NCBI RefSeq assembly: GCF_009649845.1
Contig: NZ_WJIE01000009.1
Location: 160,685-224,684, forward strand
DNA length: 64,000 bases
Source of the DNA: Polyangium spumosum
GTDB taxonomy: Bacteria > Myxococcota_A > Polyangia > Polyangiales > Polyangiaceae
Direction: 5' to 3'
The position numbers and the translations under genes were made by a program. The notes beneath the pieces were generated by a model. It was not told the DNA's origin. It saw only the letters and a program-made list of their open reading frames with translations, and made no database searches. Shown here piece after piece: positions 60,855 through 64,000 of this stretch; the stretch's first letter is position 1, and every line of letters starts with the position of its first letter.

Positions 60855-60939
60855 TAGCCGGCGCGGTCCCCCGAGCAACACGCGCGAAAATCGGATCGTC
60901 CCCCGAGGACCGCGGAACACCGTTCGTTTTTGGAGGACG

Positions 60940-61340
60940 GGGGCTGTTCGGCGGCGGAACGACCCGCGCGTCCGCCTGCCGGGGGCGGTTCGGGCGGGGA
61001 ACCGGGGCGGGGCGCGGGGCAGGGCTGTTCCGCGGCGGAACAGCGGGGGGACGGCTCTGCGGCCCGGGGCTGTTTCGCGAAACCGGGGTGGGCTCGCCGC
61101 GCGTGCCGAGCTTGTTCCGGGCGCGGACCGTCGCCGGGCGGATCACGCACGGCCTGCTCCTTCGCGCCGCAGGCGAGCGGCGCGCGCAGCGAGCGCTGTG
61201 TTGGCCTGGGACTGCGGAGGGGCGATCGCGTCGAACGTCGGTGGGGCGAGACCGGGGGTCGCTTCTGCCGGAGACGCGATCGGTTCGGGGGCGAAACAGG
61301 GATGGGATTTTCGGCGCGGCGGTTGTTCCGGCGATCCGTG
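60940..61340. repeat. array of at least 6 palindromic TGTTCC-N5-GGAACA-like motifs in a convergent intergenic region
   Basis: tgttcggcggcggaacg at 60945, tgttccgcggcggaaca at 61026, gtttcgcgaaac at 61071, ttgttccgggcgcggacc at 61112, gttcgggggcgaaac at 61283, ttgttccggcgatcc at 61323. Confidence 0.5.
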
Positions 61341-61374
61341 GGAGCTTCGTGGATCCTCCCGTCCCTGCCGGGTG

Positions 61375-62250
61375 TTACTTTTTGGTCTTTGCCTTGAGCG
61401 CGGCGGCCTTTTCGAGCAGCGCTTTTGCTTGCGCTTCGAGCTCCTCGGCGGCCTCGGCCTGGGCGAGGCGCTCCTCCTCGGCGCGCGCCTCGGCTTCGGC
61501 TTCTTCTTCGAGCTTCGCGAGCAGGGCCTTTCGCTCCTCGAGCTGGGCCGTGAGCTCCTCGATCGACGTCTTCACCTCGTCGATCGTCTCCTCCTCGTCC
61601 CGCGGCGGCTCGCTGTAGAAGAAACGCTCGGCGAAATCGCGCGGCAGGCTGTGATTCTCGAAGGGCAGCTTGGCGAGGCCTCCATGCGCCTCCTTGCGGG
61701 CGGCGTTCACCTTGTCGATGAACTGCTTGCGATTGCCCACGTCGCGGAAGTCGCGATTCGTCGATTGCGCGCTCTTGCGTTGTTTGTCGGCGTCCTCCGC
61801 GGCGGCGACGAGCGTCTCGGCCTCGGGGGCGAGGGCGACGAGCACGGGCACGCCGCATTTCGCGAGCGTCTCGGCCCAATCGCTCATGAGCGCGAGTTGC
61901 CCGCCGAGGACGGGCCGCCGGAACTTCGCGAGTGGCTTGTTCTTGAAGAGCGCCTTGCGGAGCTGCTTGCGTGTATTGCCGCTCGTGGACTCGTCGACGA
62001 TGCGGGAGACACGGCCGGCGAAGCCATCGAGCCCCCCGTCGGCCTTGTCGACGCCTGCCTGCGCTTGCGCGAGCAGGTCGAGGATATCGATCTCCTCGAG
62101 GAGGATGAGCTTCCAATGGTCGCGTAGCGCCTGGAAGACCGGCACGTAACCCGCGGCCAGCGGCTCCTGCTTGGCCTGGGAGAGGGTGTATTGCAATTCC
62201 CGCAGGAGGGTGAAAAGGCCGAGGCGATAGGCGAGGGTGCGAACTCCCAT
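61375..62250 (-). CDS. hypothetical protein with C-terminal E/A/K-rich coiled coil
   Basis: The start at 62250 (MGVRTLAYRLGLF...) is chosen because the ORF-track N-terminal extension is Arg/Ala/Pro-rich junk. The C-terminus is EEEAEAEARAEEERLAQAEAAEELEAQAKALLEKAAALKAKTKK. Confidence 0.5.
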   Translation of the reverse strand: MGVRTLAYRLGLFTLLRELQYTLSQAKQEPLAAGYVPVFQALRDHWKLILLEEIDILDLLAQAQAGVDKADGGLDGFAGRVSRIVDESTSGNTRKQLRKALFKNKPLAKFRRPVLGGQLALMSDWAETLAKCGVPVLVALAPEAETLVAAAEDADKQRKSAQSTNRDFRDVGNRKQFIDKVNAARKEAHGGLAKLPFENHSLPRDFAERFFYSEPPRDEEETIDEVKTSIEELTAQLEERKALLAKLEEEAEAEARAEEERLAQAEAAEELEAQAKALLEKAAALKAKTKK

Positions 62251-62336
62251 GGCGGGGACGGTAACCGAGGGAACGGGGAGGATGTCAAGGAGATTCGTAA
62301 GGGAGGGACCTGGGGGGCTCGTGGTGCATGCAGGGG

Positions 62337-63479
62337 CTACCCTCCTTTGTGCCCGTCCTCTGCTTCTTTGGCGCCCGCGCGTTTGGCCATGAGCTTGTCC
62401 CGGAGCGCGTGCAGCTCCTCGAGCTGGCGCTTGAGCTCCACGCGGGTGGGCCCCGGGGGTTGCAAGGGTTTCTTGGGCGCCTGGAGCTTGCGCTCGATCT
62501 CGGCGATCCACGGCTCGACCACGGCGAGGCCTGCCTCGGGCTCGTTGTTCACGAGGCAGGTCTGCACGTACATCCCCCTATGCACCCAGCCCTCCCCGTC
62601 GCTGATGAAGCCCGACCGGACGAGCGCGTCCCAGCCCTCACGCCATGCAGCGAACGGCGCGCCGAGCGTGTCCGCCGCCATGAAGATCGATTCGGCGGTC
62701 GCTGCCCTCATCGCAAACAAACACACCTCGAACACTTTGCCTTCGCCCGCGCGCGCCGTGAATTCCGCCTCGACCCGTCGGTAGTCGGCCGCGACGTCGG
62801 CAAAGCTCCGATCCTTTGATTTCGCAAACGTGTTGTACACGGCGCGGCGCGCGCGCACGAACTCATCCCAGAGCGCGCCTTCCTGTTCTTCCTCTGGCGT
62901 TGGAGGCGTGCCCTGCTGCGCCTCGTCCCCGCGGCGGGTCTCTTGCCACGGGACGACCTCGCCCCGTTTTTGCGCCTCGAGCACGGCCCGAAGGTTCCCC
63001 AGTTGCTCGAGCTCGTTCTCGTAAAAGTGCGGGGGGAACTCCGTCCCCGTACCCCTCGTGTCTTCGAGCAAGCGCTCGAGCTTGTCGAGCAGCGGATCGA
63101 GCACCACGAGCCCTTCGTCGGGCCTCTCGTCATACGCGCAGCCATCCGCGTAAAACCAGGACATCGAGCACTCGCGGTCGATGCCCGAGAAGCCGAGGCG
63201 AACCAGATCGTTCCAGGCCTCGCGAAAGACCTCGAAAGGGGGACGCTTGTGATGGGCTAGCATCAAGATGTGTTCAGCGATGCGACGCCTCATCTCGAGC
63301 AACAAAAATTCGTCTTCGCCAGCGCGCTCGACGAACTCGGCTTCGAGCTTGCGGAAGTCACGGGTGGCCTCCGCGAAGGTCCGGCTCGACTTCACCGACT
63401 CCACCAGGAGCTTGCCGTTCGCCTTCGCGAATGCGAGCTCATCCCTTTCCATTTCTCCGCCGTGCTTCAGTCGTCCCAT
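62337..63479 (-). CDS. hypothetical protein with an internal tandem duplication (two homologous halves of about 150 aa)
   Basis: Half 1 reads FAEATRDFRKLEAEFVERAGEDEFLL...PFEVFREAWNDLVRLGFSG. Half 2 reads FADVAADYRRVEAEFTARAGEGKVFE...PFAAWREGWDALVRSGFIS. Confidence 0.5.
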   Translation of the reverse strand: MGRLKHGGEMERDELAFAKANGKLLVESVKSSRTFAEATRDFRKLEAEFVERAGEDEFLLLEMRRRIAEHILMLAHHKRPPFEVFREAWNDLVRLGFSGIDRECSMSWFYADGCAYDERPDEGLVVLDPLLDKLERLLEDTRGTGTEFPPHFYENELEQLGNLRAVLEAQKRGEVVPWQETRRGDEAQQGTPPTPEEEQEGALWDEFVRARRAVYNTFAKSKDRSFADVAADYRRVEAEFTARAGEGKVFEVCLFAMRAATAESIFMAADTLGAPFAAWREGWDALVRSGFISDGEGWVHRGMYVQTCLVNNEPEAGLAVVEPWIAEIERKLQAPKKPLQPPGPTRVELKRQLEELHALRDKLMAKRAGAKEAEDGHKGG

Positions 63480-63979
63480 TCGCTATGCCCCCGATACAAA
63501 CACGATTGTCCCGTGCCGATTTGCTTTGGCCAGTGGCCATTCTTGCACATTGTATGACATGTACCGCAAAGGGTTTCGCCCCGATGATTGCCATCCTCGT
63601 CCCCTGTTTTGTCATCCATGCACATGTCATAATGCGTCGTACAGCTCCGCCGCTTCCTCCTCTTCGCAAACGCCTCCGCCGCCCCCGCCGCGACCGTCGC
63701 CGTGACCGTCACGCCGACGGCGATGGCGAAGGCTTCGATGATCACCTCGGTGAAGACGACCGTGACGACCACGACGACGGTCACCACCTCCCCGATCGCC
63801 CCCCGATCCGGCAATGCTCGCCCGTCCGCCGACGCGGACGTTCGCAGCATGCGCCGCTCGAGGACATCCGCGGGCAGCGTCATCCCTCGCAGGGCGATCC
63901 GCATGCAAATGCCCACGTCCGGATTGGGCTGGCCCGTCGTCTCCACCTCCACCACGCGCCCTTCCTGGTCGACCTTCAC
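63467..63979 (-). CDS. hypothetical protein with a Val/Thr-rich hydrophobic segment and a Cys-rich C-terminus; it may extend beyond the window end
   Basis: TVVVVVTVVFTEVIIEAFAIAVGV hydrophobic segment. C-terminal CTTHYDMCMDDKTGDEDGNHRGETLCGTCHTMCKNGHWPKQIGTGQSCLY has 7 Cys. The N-terminus is within 21 nt of the edge. Confidence 0.35.
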   Translation of the reverse strand: MKVDQEGRVVEVETTGQPNPDVGICMRIALRGMTLPADVLERRMLRTSASADGRALPDRGAIGEVVTVVVVVTVVFTEVIIEAFAIAVGVTVTATVAAGAAEAFAKRRKRRSCTTHYDMCMDDKTGDEDGNHRGETLCGTCHTMCKNGHWPKQIGTGQSCLYRGHSEWDD

Positions 63980-64000
63980 CGAAGCGTCCAGCGTGTAGTG

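Noticed and set aside
57903-60920. 1005-aa minus-strand ORF and the plus-strand ORF 59770-62127 overlapping the M1 aminopeptidase
   Set aside because: Antisense to the HExxH/GAMEN-containing aminopeptidase. The translations are R/G/E low-complexity.

Overview
This 64-kb window has a very high GC content, roughly 70%. Six-frame translation of it produces many long antisense and off-frame ORFs that are artefacts, and I rejected them because they translate to Arg/Ala/Gly/Pro-rich products. The real gene content looks like a myxobacterial (Myxococcota) chromosome. It includes a giant secreted protein built from the 'Myxococcales cysteine-rich repeat', lipoproteins, Ser/Thr kinases, MoxR/DUF58/vWA modules, and translationally coupled ECF-sigma/anti-sigma and kinase operons. 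Housekeeping genes include enolase, cysTWA, malic enzyme, M1 aminopeptidase, RidA, UspA and a glycine-rich RRM protein. I did not recognise any rRNA, tRNA or CRISPR. The most notable accessory content is as follows:
1. At 2932-4164, an 82-aa precursor-like peptide sits directly upstream of an OphMA/SonM-like class III SAM alpha-N-methyltransferase. From memory of the SonA/SonM and OphMA sequences, this looks like a split borosin RiPP cluster.
2. At 51633-53383, a DotU/TssL-like protein is paired with a TssM/IcmF N-terminal NTPase-like protein, with no other T6SS/T4SS genes nearby. Downstream are a DsbA-like lipoprotein and two paralogous zinc-ribbon/TM/beta-propeller proteins.
3. At 6950-7310, an intergenic region carries a 21-nt minisatellite whose best frame encodes a Cys/His heptad.
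4. Two STAND-like NTPases are present.
5. At 60940-61340, a TGTTCC-N5-GGAACA palindrome array lies between two convergent genes.
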